DNA of 32,000 bases from Faecousia sp. (GCA_045654085.1 JAZOMT010000032.1:70182-102181); one strand, 5' to 3'; counted from the first letter of the stretch, positions 1-7,635 are shown. Numbers and translations: made by a program. The notes: a model not told the origin generated them from the sequence alone.

Positions 1-1553
1 TCCATCTGGCCGAGCATTTTCTTGCTCTTCTCGATAGTTTGGGCATCAGATTGCTGCTCCAGTACATCGTAAGTAGCATCGATCAGCTCCAGTACATTCT
101 GATCAAGCTTCAGGTGGACAACACGGCTCTCATAATAAACTGGTCTGGTAGCTCCATCTTCCACCGCCTGGGTCATGTCATAAATGTCGATGTAATCGCC
201 AAAAACCTCACGGGTGTTACGATCCTTTGCAGAGACGGGAGTCCCGGTAAAGCCAACAAAAGTGGCGTTCGGCAGAGCCTCACGTATAATCCGGGCATTA
301 CCCACAACCACGTGCGCTTCCTCTTCCCCCTGCTCGTTCTTGGACATAACAATCTTCTCACTGAAGCCATACTGACCACGGTGAGCTTCATCAGCCATTA
401 CCACAATATTTCTGCGCTCGGACAGCGGCTTTTCGCCTCGTTCGAACTTGAACATAGTGGTGAAGATGATACCGTTAGCACTACGGCCTTCCAGCAAAGT
501 TTTCAAATGTTCCTTACTTTCTGCCTGCACCGGAGTCTGACGCAGGAATTTTGCACACTTAGCAAACTGAGAATATAGCTGATCGTCCAGGTCAATGCGG
601 TCTGTCATCACCACAATTGTTGGGCTATCCAGCACCTCCTGTAGCAAATGGGCGTAGAACACCATAGACAGAGATTTGCCGCTACCCTGGGTGTGCCAGA
701 ACACACCACCCTTGCCGTCAAACTGGGTGGCAATTTTTGCCTTGTCAACTGCCTTGCGAACTGCAAAATACTGATGGTAACCTGCTAGAATCTTGATAGG
801 CTTCTGGCTGTCACCGGAGAAGAGGATAAAGTTCTTCAGGATATCCAGCAAGCGCTCTCTTTGGAAAATACCCTCATAGAAAGTGTCAAACTGTGCAAAC
901 GCTGTATTCTCATAGTTGCCGTCCTTGGTTTTCCACTCCATGAAGCGATCCAAACCAGAGGTAATGGTACCAGCTTTGTTAGTAGAAAGATCGCTGATAA
1001 CACAGATCGCATTATAAATAAACATGGACGGGATATCCTGCATATAATTGCGGATCTGATTATAGGCATTTTCAATGCCGGCCTCTTCCTTGGACGGACT
1101 CTTCAGTTCCATCAGCACCAACGGCAATCCGTTGATAAACAGAATAATATCCGGGCGGCGGTTATTGCCGCTTTCAATGTATGTATACTGGTTGACCGCA
1201 TAGAAGGTGTTGTTGTCCACCTTAGTGTAGTCGATCAAATATACAATGGAGGATCGTTCTTCGCCCTTATAAAAATACTTCACAGTAATACCGTTCTGCA
1301 GGTAGTCCATAAAAACCATATTCTTCTGCACCAGGCTACCGGTATCAAAGTTCTTCAACTTGGAGATCGCCTCATCGATTGCTTCCAGCGGCAGCTTCTT
1401 ATTCAGGCGCACGAGACTATCCCGCAGTTCATTTTCCAGAATGGGACTGGAATAATCCGTGCGGTCCATATCCGGAGCATAGATGTGGGTGTACCCCATC
1501 TTTTCCAGCAGTTCTAAAACTGCCTGCTCAAACATATCTTCTGTGAAGTGCAT
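1..1553 (-). CDS. hsdR: Type I restriction enzyme R subunit (HsdR). The N-terminal ~517 aa are present; the C-terminus lies beyond the left edge.
   Basis: Absent from the ORF track because it is open to the window edge. My translation from the ATG at 1551-1553 (GGAGG 7 nt upstream) reads MHFTEDMFEQAVLELLEKMGY... It contains the nuclease-like RPDIILFINGLPLVLMELK, Walker A WHTQGSGKSLSMV and DEAH box VVMADEAHRGQ. There is no stop down to position 1. Confidence 0.9.
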   Translation of the reverse strand, partial: MHFTEDMFEQAVLELLEKMGYTHIYAPDMDRTDYSSPILENELRDSLVRLNKKLPLEAIDEAISKLKNFDTGSLVQKNMVFMDYLQNGITVKYFYKGEERSSIVYLIDYTKVDNNTFYAVNQYTYIESGNNRRPDIILFINGLPLVLMELKSPSKEEAGIENAYNQIRNYMQDIPSMFIYNAICVISDLSTNKAGTITSGLDRFMEWKTKDGNYENTAFAQFDTFYEGIFQRERLLDILKNFILFSGDSQKPIKILAGYHQYFAVRKAVDKAKIATQFDGKGGVFWHTQGSGKSLSMVFYAHLLQEVLDSPTIVVMTDRIDLDDQLYSQFAKCAKFLRQTPVQAESKEHLKTLLEGRSANGIIFTTMFKFERGEKPLSERRNIVVMADEAHRGQYGFSEKIVMSKNEQGEEEAHVVVGNARIIREALPNATFVGFTGTPVSAKDRNTREVFGDYIDIYDMTQAVEDGATRPVYYESRVVHLKLDQNVLELIDATYDVLEQQSDAQTIEKSKKMLGQM

Positions 1554-1569
1554 AGTGATGCCTCCTACT

Positions 1570-1980
1570 TTATGTTTTTTCCATCGACTCTATGATATCG
1601 ATAATATCTCTAAAAAAGCAGCTCTCTCTGGCAATTTTCTTGCTTAATAGCGCCGCATATGCAAAAACCGCAATAAAGACGGCAACTGTAAGAATCGGTG
1701 GGAAGTCCTTCCAAAGAGTATCAATGTAAATCGGTATTAAGAACCCAATATAACACCAAAACATTTCCGGACTTTTTTCTTGTGAACGCGCTATGTTGAT
1801 GCAATAATGCTTAAAGTTATAAAGATCTTTCGAAGATCTAAAATCAGCAAGAATACCTTTAATATGATCTTCCCATTCAGAATATAGCGTAAATTGCTTA
1901 CTCTTTCCGCAACATAAGCGACCATATTCTTTTTGTTCAATTTTGAGGTTAATTATTTCGTGATAGGGAGGCTTTCTCAT
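1570..1980 (-). CDS. Hypothetical 136-aa protein with a soluble N-terminal ~70 aa and a C-terminal two-helix membrane hairpin, embedded between hsdS and hsdR
   Basis: Complete ORF with AAGGAG 5 nt upstream of the ATG. Its stop lies 17 nt before the hsdR ATG. Hydrophobic stretches are MFWCYIGFLIPIYIDTLW and PPILTVAVFIAVFAYAALL. It is visibly more AT-rich than its neighbours. I recognise no family. Confidence 0.7.
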   Translation of the reverse strand: MRKPPYHEIINLKIEQKEYGRLCCGKSKQFTLYSEWEDHIKGILADFRSSKDLYNFKHYCINIARSQEKSPEMFWCYIGFLIPIYIDTLWKDFPPILTVAVFIAVFAYAALLSKKIARESCFFRDIIDIIESMEKT

Positions 1981-1994
1981 ATATTCTCCTTAAC

Positions 1995-2015
1995 TAAACG
2001 ATAATTTAGCGGCTT
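1995..2015 (+). repeat. Recombination-site copy A: core TAAACGATAATTTA plus GCGGCTT, reading (L)NDNLAA-stop on the plus strand
   Basis: The 21-mer TAAACGATAATTTAGCGGCTT matches the reverse complement of 4948-4968 with 1 mismatch. It lies just outside the hsdS stop codon, so protein conservation cannot explain it. Confidence 0.8.
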
Positions 2016-3204
2016 AAATTTCGATATTAGATACTTCAATTTCACCGCTCATCAAACGTGGTAGCAGCGAGTCGCGTAGATCCTTCAGTCTTGCATTTTC
2101 CATTGCATTGATACGAATCTGTGCGTACATAGGCGCGACCATGGCGGAGAATGCTGCAATTTCTCCAGCTGTTGGTAGGTAGAATTGATATTGGAGTGTA
2201 TCCGACGGGATTGTTCGCTGACGACTACCTGTCGATCCAGTGACATGGCTGCACATAAAATCGGAAAACGGCACACTGTCGATTAGTGAATACAAGAAAT
2301 CGGTGAGCATGCGCTCCTTAGCTTTGTACACGATGAACTCGGTCGAGCAGACCGCATTATCAGTCATACAATAAGGACGCCATACACGCTTCGTAGTTGG
2401 ATTGAGCTTCGAAATCATAAAGCAATCCGCATCCACAATAAACTTGCTACTCTTGATTGCACTGGACAATTCAAATACGGGATAGCGCATTTCGTCAAAA
2501 GCAGGAATGCTGTAATGTTCCAGCATAGTTTCTGGCTGCTTCAACGGGTTAAAACTTTTGTTGGAGATCACAGCAACATCGCCCAACGAAATAAGTGACC
2601 ACCCATCTGGGGTTGAATCACCATCGCGCAGGCAGAAATACTCCGCAAATAAAGTCTGTGCTTGCTGCTGTAAATTATCGTTTATCTGATTATTATGGGC
2701 TATCTTTTGATCAAGTGCCGCAAGGAAGTTTCCAATCTGTTTCTGCTCTGTCAACGGTGGTACGATCAATTCAAGTTCATCCAAAACACCCTGCTGTACA
2801 CGCTGTCGCCCAGACGATCCTACCATTGATTTAATAGCGATATTCCTAAATGCGGGACTAGTTGCGAGGTAATAAACAAATTGTGGGTCGCTAATTCCTT
2901 CTCTTGCTCGCATTACGATGAATTCGGTTGATCCAAATGCAATTTCTCCATCATCCAGAACATCCACGAATGCGGTCTTGCCGTTTTCAAGGCAGGGTGT
3001 AATTCGTGCCATGATGGTGTCACCATTGCAGAATTTTGAACCTCCTGTAAACTCAGCCTGTTCTGTTGTGGGTATTTTCTTTGTGAATGGCTGGAGCTTA
3101 TCCATGGCGATCTTTGTAGCTACAGCACCTTTTTTTATGCTCAGTCGAGGATTAAATTCCACGAATTCTGCAGCACGGATTGTTCTCCAATTCTCCATGA
3201 TCAT
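2014..3204 (-). CDS. hsdS: Type I R-M specificity subunit HsdS, full length (two target-recognition domains), 396 aa
   Basis: TRD1, then the central conserved helix LTEQKQIGNFLAALDQKIAHNNQINDNLQQQAQTLF, then TRD2, then the C-terminal conserved LKDLRDSLLPRLMSGEIEV. Its start is 6 nt after the recombinase stop. Confidence 0.92.
   Translation of the reverse strand: MIMENWRTIRAAEFVEFNPRLSIKKGAVATKIAMDKLQPFTKKIPTTEQAEFTGGSKFCNGDTIMARITPCLENGKTAFVDVLDDGEIAFGSTEFIVMRAREGISDPQFVYYLATSPAFRNIAIKSMVGSSGRQRVQQGVLDELELIVPPLTEQKQIGNFLAALDQKIAHNNQINDNLQQQAQTLFAEYFCLRDGDSTPDGWSLISLGDVAVISNKSFNPLKQPETMLEHYSIPAFDEMRYPVFELSSAIKSSKFIVDADCFMISKLNPTTKRVWRPYCMTDNAVCSTEFIVYKAKERMLTDFLYSLIDSVPFSDFMCSHVTGSTGSRQRTIPSDTLQYQFYLPTAGEIAAFSAMVAPMYAQIRINAMENARLKDLRDSLLPRLMSGEIEVSNIEI
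2656..2684 (-). repeat. Recombination-site copy B, inside the central conserved region of the full-length hsdS
   Basis: The reverse complement is TAAACGATAATTTACAGCAGCAAGCACAG. It matches 4288-4316 at 27 of 29 positions in inverted orientation. Confidence 0.8.
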
Positions 3205-3210
3205 ACCGTC

Positions 3211-4194
3211 CTATCCGATGTATTTTCTGTGTGCCAGCTTAACATTTTGTTGTTTCACCATTGCATAGTGCATGGTAGTGTCGATTTTCTGGTGCCCCAG
3301 GAGCTGCTGCACCTGCTCAATGGGCATTCCCTTATCAATCGCCGATGTTGCCAAGGTTCTCCGGAACTTGTGCGGGTGCACTTTTGGTATGGATAACCTT
3401 CTGCCCAATTGTCGCAATCGCATCTCCACGCCACCAATCTGCAAGCGATCATATGGTGCCCGCAATGTAACAAAAAGCGCCGGATTACTGTCTTTGCGGC
3501 TATCTAGGTAGTGCTGCAAATGAATTTTGGTCCGGGCATCAAAATACACCAAACGCTCCTTGTTGCCTTTGCCAAACACCACGCACTCCCGGTCATTAAA
3601 ATTGATATCATCCCGGTTGAGCAACACCATTTCACCCACACGCATCCCGGAAGATGCCAGCAAATCGATAATCGCTAAATCCCGCAACGAATCGCAGCTA
3701 TCGCGCATCAGTTCCAAAGCCTCATCCGTATAGGTGTCTTTGATGATCTTTGCTGTCTTGACCTTGTGGATCCTGCGAACAGGACTTTTTACAATATAGT
3801 CCTCATCCTCCAGCCAAGAGTAAAAAGTAGCCAGAATGCGCCGAATATTATCAATCGTCACCTTGCTTGATTTGCGTTTGAGTTGATATGCGGTTAAGTA
3901 CTGCCGGATGTCATCCGTGGTGATCCGTTGCACCGGCTTGCCAATACCCGCCACCATCGCCTCTATGGTTTTACCATAGTAGGATAGCGTTTTTTCTGAG
4001 CATCCCTCTATGCGTTTTGCTGCTATAAATGCAGAAATCATATCTGGCTGCTCTTGTTCGTGCGGATTGTTAGATAGCGTGATTTCTACTCCCTGTAGGC
4101 ATTGCTCTATCGCCATTTGAAGTTTTTGAAGCTGTTCATTGTTGAGGTAAGGCAGCATTTTTTGCTGCACCTCGGCGATTAGTTGTTCTTTCAT
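3211..4194 (-). CDS. Tyrosine site-specific recombinase (XerC/D-like, phage-integrase family), the likely hsdS invertase
   Basis: Contains SSGMRVGEM (first Arg), HPHKFRRTLAT (HxxR), LLGH and TTMHYA (catalytic Tyr). I chose the start at MKEQLIAEV (AAAGGAGAAAAGACA-ATG) rather than the track start at 4266. Confidence 0.9.
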   Translation of the reverse strand: MKEQLIAEVQQKMLPYLNNEQLQKLQMAIEQCLQGVEITLSNNPHEQEQPDMISAFIAAKRIEGCSEKTLSYYGKTIEAMVAGIGKPVQRITTDDIRQYLTAYQLKRKSSKVTIDNIRRILATFYSWLEDEDYIVKSPVRRIHKVKTAKIIKDTYTDEALELMRDSCDSLRDLAIIDLLASSGMRVGEMVLLNRDDINFNDRECVVFGKGNKERLVYFDARTKIHLQHYLDSRKDSNPALFVTLRAPYDRLQIGGVEMRLRQLGRRLSIPKVHPHKFRRTLATSAIDKGMPIEQVQQLLGHQKIDTTMHYAMVKQQNVKLAHRKYIG

Positions 4195-4287
4195 TGTCTT
4201 TTCTCCTTTTCTTTGTAAAAAAGAGAACGACAGCAGTGGCAGTTTCTCTAGTAAAACACCCGCCACTGTGGGTGCTTATTAGAACGG

Positions 4288-4316
4288 TAAACGATAATTT
4301 ACAACAGCAAGCGCAG
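4288..4316 (+). repeat. Recombination-site copy C, at the 5-prime end of the silent hsdS cassette
   Basis: TAAACGATAATTTACAACAGCAAGCGCAG, with the same NDNL codon phase as copies A, B and D. Confidence 0.8.
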
Positions 4317-4949
4317 GCGCTGTATCGCAGTTGGTTTATAGAGTGTACGCCATTTGGCGGGACCGTTCCTGCTAACTGGTGCCGTGGAAAACTGAAGGAT
4401 ATACTCCAGTTGCAAAAACGCGCCATCAAGGCTGGTGCTGCACCAGAATTGCCTTACTTGCCAATCGATACCATACCAATGAAAACTTTTGCGGTATCGG
4501 ATTTCCGTCCCAACGAAGAAGCTCAAAGCAGTTTGATACAGTTCAGCAAGGACGATATCCTAATTGGCGCGATGCGTGTGTACTTCCACCGTGTTATAAT
4601 TGCTCCTTGCGATGGCATCACCCGAACAACCTGCTTCGTTTTGAAGCCCACAAATCACGCATATTTGGGCTTTGGTTTGTTGACATGTGATTTGGACAGC
4701 AGTATTGATCACGCCCAAAACACTTCCAAGGGATCTACCATGCCGTATGCTGTATGGGATGGTGGTATGGGTGAAATTGAAATTGCCATTCCACCTTTAG
4801 AAGTTGCCAAGGAGTTTAACGAATTGGTATTACCCATGCTCCGGCAAATCCAGAACTCATATTTTGAGGTAAAGGCCTTGCGCGAATTGCGTGACAGCCT
4901 GCTTCCTCGACTTATGTCGGGCAATCTGGATGTCAGCGAATGCTTTTAA
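4288..4949 (+). other. Promoterless hsdS C-terminal half cassette (central-helix remnant, TRD2, C-terminal conserved region), inverted relative to the hsdM-linked hsdS
   Basis: Reads (V)NDNLQQQAQALYRSWF...TRD...LRELRDSLLPRLMSGNLDVSECF-stop. No N-terminal TRD, no RBS and no start codon at 4288. The track ORF start at 4194 is antisense to the recombinase leader. Confidence 0.85.
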
Positions 4950-5482
4950 GCAGCTAAATTATCGTTTATTTGCTTATTGACAGCAATCTTCTTATCGATA
5001 GATTCTAATATCTGAGCAATTTTGTCTTGTTCTTTCTCATCGAATAAAGGAATCTGCAAATCCTTTATGTTCTTAAGGCTAATTGTTTTCTGCGTAGAAC
5101 CAACAACCATTTGTTCAATTTGCTGTCGCACAAAAAAGGAACTTAATACATAATACAAATATCTGCTGTTGATTTTAGGAGAAATAATAGCTGTGTTTTG
5201 TCCTAAACAGAACACTTTGCTACTTGCTACATATGAAAAAATACCGTAAGATCCTACTCGGCTAATTATGATATCACCAATTTGCGGTTTGTGCTTTGCA
5301 CTGTATTTTTCATAATCTTCTGCACTAACCATTAAGCAATTTGTAAGATCAAGATCGTCCGCTCGAACATCCGTGACTCTTACCATGGGAATGCCTTTAT
5401 TGCAATACTTAGGAGTTTGGTGTAAAGAGTCAATAACATCGGCAACTTCTGAAAGCTTTATATGTTTGATGTTAGATTGCAT
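4946..5482 (-). CDS. hsdS: Half-length HsdS (single TRD plus central conserved helix), 178 aa, translationally coupled to hsdM
   Basis: Its ATG overlaps the hsdM 3-prime end by 11 nt. It ends DKIAQILESIDKKIAVNKQINDNLAA-stop, inside the motif where a full-length HsdS would continue with QQQAQ. Confidence 0.85.
   Translation of the reverse strand: MQSNIKHIKLSEVADVIDSLHQTPKYCNKGIPMVRVTDVRADDLDLTNCLMVSAEDYEKYSAKHKPQIGDIIISRVGSYGIFSYVASSKVFCLGQNTAIISPKINSRYLYYVLSSFFVRQQIEQMVVGSTQKTISLKNIKDLQIPLFDEKEQDKIAQILESIDKKIAVNKQINDNLAA
4948..4968 (-). repeat. Recombination-site copy D, at the 3-prime end of the half hsdS
   Basis: The reverse complement is TAAACGATAATTTAGCTGCTT. It encodes ...KQINDNLAA-stop. 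Confidence 0.8.
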
Positions 5483-6974
5483 ATCCGATTGCCCCCAGTT
5501 TCTGCCGGATTTCCGCTTCCAGCTTATGGGACTGATCGAACAATTCAGAGAGTTCGCCGGTCAATCGTGCCATTTTCTCTTCAAAGGGCTCACCGTCATC
5601 CTGTTGTTCCTCAATGCCGACATAACGACCGGGGGTGAGGATATAGTCTTGCTTTGCGATTTCTTCTGTAGTTACTACAGCACAGAAGCCCTTCTGATCC
5701 TCCAATGTGCCGTCAGCATAGGAATTATAGGTATCCGCAATCTTTGCAATATCTTCTTCGGCCAGTTCTCGCAGTTTCCGGGTTACCATAGTGCCCATTT
5801 TCCGGGCATCAATAAATAAAGTCTTGCCCGGCTGTTTCTTGTTCTTTGCCAGGAACCACAGAGAAACAGGAATCTGGGTAGTGTAGAACAGCTGGGTAGG
5901 CATTGCAACAATGCACTCCACCAAATCTGCATTGATTATATTTTGCCGGATTTCGCCTTCACCACCGGATTGGGACGAAAGAGAACCATTTGCCAGCACC
6001 ATACCAATCTTGCCATTAGGCGCCAAGTGATGAATCATATGCTGCAGCCACGCAAAGTTGGCGTTGCCGGCAGGAGGCATACCGTACTTCCAACGCACAT
6101 CATCCTTCAGCTTGTCCGCACCCCAATCAGACAGATTAAAGGGAGGATTTGCCAAAATAAAATCGGCACGCAGCGTAGGATGGCAATCGTTGAAGAAGGT
6201 ATCCGCATTGTACTCGCCGAGGTTAGCCTCAATGCCGCGGATCGCCAGGTTCATCTGTGCCATCTTCCAAGTTGTGGGGTTAGAGTCCTGACCGTAGACG
6301 GCAATGCTGTTGATATTGCCGCTATGCCGCTCAATGAACTTTGCAGATTGGACGAACATACCGCCACTACCGCACGCAGGATCGTATACACGACCATTAT
6401 ACGGCTGCAGCACCTCAACCAGCGTACGAACTACGCAAGAAGGTGTATAGAATTCACCAGCCAGCTTGCCTTCCTGCTCTGCGAACTTGGAAAGGCAGTA
6501 TTCGTAAGTCCGACCCAGGATATCTTTTTCACTGCCGTGTTCGATCATTTGGATATTGGTGAATAGATCCACCACATCGCCCAATCTACGCTTGTCCAGT
6601 TCAGGACGAGCAAAGTTCTTGGGCAGAATATCCTTCAGGCGCTTGTTTTCCTTCTCGATTGCACGCATTGCATCATCAATCACAGTGCCAATTTCAGGGG
6701 TATGTGCCTTGGATGCAATCACACTCCAACGGGCAGACGCAGGCACGAAGAAGATGCCTTCAGAGGTGTACTCATCAATATCCTCTTCGAAGCCATCGCC
6801 TTCTGCCAGCAGTTCCTGATACTTTTCCTCGAAGCGATCAGAGATATACTTCAGGAAAATCAAACCCAGTACAACACTCTTGTATTCAGATGCATCAATA
6901 TTGCCACGTAGGACACATGCGGCATCCCAAATTTGTTTTTCAAAACCAATACCGGCTGTATTCTTTTCTGCCAT
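5472..6974 (-). CDS. hsdM: Type I R-M N6-adenine DNA methyltransferase subunit HsdM, 500 aa
   Basis: HsdM N-terminal domain (LRGNIDASEYKSVVLGLIFLKYISD), AdoMet motif VYDPACGSGGMF and catalytic LANPPFNLSDW. Confidence 0.95.
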   Translation of the reverse strand: MAEKNTAGIGFEKQIWDAACVLRGNIDASEYKSVVLGLIFLKYISDRFEEKYQELLAEGDGFEEDIDEYTSEGIFFVPASARWSVIASKAHTPEIGTVIDDAMRAIEKENKRLKDILPKNFARPELDKRRLGDVVDLFTNIQMIEHGSEKDILGRTYEYCLSKFAEQEGKLAGEFYTPSCVVRTLVEVLQPYNGRVYDPACGSGGMFVQSAKFIERHSGNINSIAVYGQDSNPTTWKMAQMNLAIRGIEANLGEYNADTFFNDCHPTLRADFILANPPFNLSDWGADKLKDDVRWKYGMPPAGNANFAWLQHMIHHLAPNGKIGMVLANGSLSSQSGGEGEIRQNIINADLVECIVAMPTQLFYTTQIPVSLWFLAKNKKQPGKTLFIDARKMGTMVTRKLRELAEEDIAKIADTYNSYADGTLEDQKGFCAVVTTEEIAKQDYILTPGRYVGIEEQQDDGEPFEEKMARLTGELSELFDQSHKLEAEIRQKLGAIGYAI

Positions 6975-6975
6975 T

Positions 6976-7191
6976 TTACACTACCTCCTGTTCAGGAATT
7001 AGGTCCATAATATCTCCGATGTTAGCATTTAGCGCAGTACAAATCTTGACAAGCACCGTCATAGACACTTCTTCGTCCCGACGGAGTTTCGTCATAGTAT
7101 TAGGCGCTACACCCGCCGCTCTGCGCAGGTCCGCTTTGCTCATTTTCTTGTCGACTAGCAACTTCCACAGCTTGTTATACGAAATAGCCAT
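6976..7191 (-). CDS. XRE-family helix-turn-helix protein (71 aa), immediately upstream of hsdM
   Basis: MAISYNKLWKLLVDKKMSKADLRRAAGVAPNTMTKLRRDEEVSMTVLVKICTALN is a typical HTH_XRE fold pattern. GGAGG sits 8 nt upstream of the ATG at 7191. Its stop is 1 nt from the hsdM ATG. Confidence 0.85.
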   Translation of the reverse strand: MAISYNKLWKLLVDKKMSKADLRRAAGVAPNTMTKLRRDEEVSMTVLVKICTALNANIGDIMDLIPEQEVV

Positions 7192-7226
7192 AGTGAAACC
7201 TCCATATGTAGACAAAATTTTATTGT

Positions 7227-7255
7227 ATTATACATCATTTTATTATATGATGCAA
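7227..7255 (-). promoter_or_regulatory. Sigma-70-type promoter for the XRE-hsdM operon
   Basis: On the minus strand: TTGCAT (7250-7255), a 17-nt spacer, then TATAAT (7227-7232). Confidence 0.6.
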
Positions 7256-7286
7256 GAAAGTTTCGCAATATTTTGCGAAACTTTCT
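7255..7286. promoter_or_regulatory. Perfect palindrome with 14-bp arms, AGAAAGTTTCGCAA-tatt-TTGCGAAACTTTCT, abutting the -35 box. Candidate operator.
   Basis: Read directly from the sequence. There is no clear U-tract on either strand, so an operator is more likely than a terminator. Confidence 0.5.
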
Positions 7287-7337
7287 ATTTCGATTAGCTG
7301 TATCACCATTCGTTTTTTCTATCGTCCACAAATCCCC

Positions 7338-7353
7338 TTTCTTTGTTTATAGC
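7338..7353 (+). repeat. Direct repeat copy 1 (TTTCTTTGTTTATAGC)
   Basis: The identical 16-mer recurs at 7724-7739 and 13837-13852. Confidence 0.7.
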
Positions 7354-7403
7354 GGCACAATTTTTCATTGTCCGTGGGTGGTGGATTTTACAGAAGAAAC
7401 AGC

Positions 7404-7432
7404 TTGACAATTGCGTCGCGTCAAGGTACAAT
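7404..7432 (+). promoter_or_regulatory. Near-consensus sigma-70 promoter with no coding target
   Basis: TTGACA (7404-7409), a 17-nt spacer, then TACAAT (7427-7432). The inverted repeat CTTGAC...GTCAAG overlaps the -35 box and spacer. Confidence 0.55.
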
Positions 7433-7441
7433 CACGCAAAC

Positions 7442-7497
7442 AAAACCGCTTCCTGTAGATCGGCAAAAGTTGCCGTAATCTGCAAGAAGCGGTTTTT
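7442..7497 (+). ncRNA. Candidate short RNA or promoter-proximal intrinsic terminator: a hairpin of about 25 bp with a 3-nt loop and a U-tail
   Basis: AAAACCGCTTC (7442-7452) pairs perfectly with GAAGCGGTTTT (7486-7496). Inner pairing includes AGAT/ATCT and CGGCAA/TTGCCG around the loop AAG. It begins a few nt after the predicted transcription start. There is no ATG in the segment. Confidence 0.4.
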
Positions 7498-7534
7498 GAC
7501 CACATAGTTGACCATATCCTGACCTGGACCACAT
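7496..7534 (+). repeat. Iterated TTGACCA(C/T)AT / GGACCACAT units
   Basis: TTGACCACAT at 7496-7505, TTGACCATAT at 7508-7517, TGACC at 7520-7524 and GGACCACAT at 7526-7534. GGACCA recurs at 7636-7641 and 7671-7676. Confidence 0.6.
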
Positions 7535-7635
7535 GGAGACAGTGGATACAAGAGTTCAGGAAAGCATAAGCATACCCATTAGAAAGTGTTAGAAAGGGTG
7601 ATAAATTGTAGGAAAAAGCTTCGTTGAATGCTTTG

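Noticed and set aside
39-1517. Plus-strand ORFs at 39-578 and 861-1517
   Set aside because: Both are antisense to the clearly recognisable hsdR reading frame, which the track omitted because it is open at the edge.
4194-4287. N-terminal 31 codons of the track ORF 4194-4949
   Set aside because: This part is antisense to the recombinase RBS and leader and has no HsdS similarity. The real HsdS-like sequence begins at the NDNL core at 4288 and lacks its own start.
4885-4930. The C-terminal conserved region (LRDSLLPRLMSG), shared by both TRD2 cassettes, as a second recombination site
   Set aside because: The amino acids are conserved, but the nucleotide sequences (2047-2085 against 4888-4926) differ at roughly every third position. 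I could find no identical run longer than about 5 nt.
5373-7297. Plus-strand ORFs overlapping hsdM, hsdS and the HTH gene (5373-5819, 5943-6566, 6659-7297 and smaller ones)
   Set aside because: They are antisense shadows of well-supported minus-strand genes and contain no motifs.
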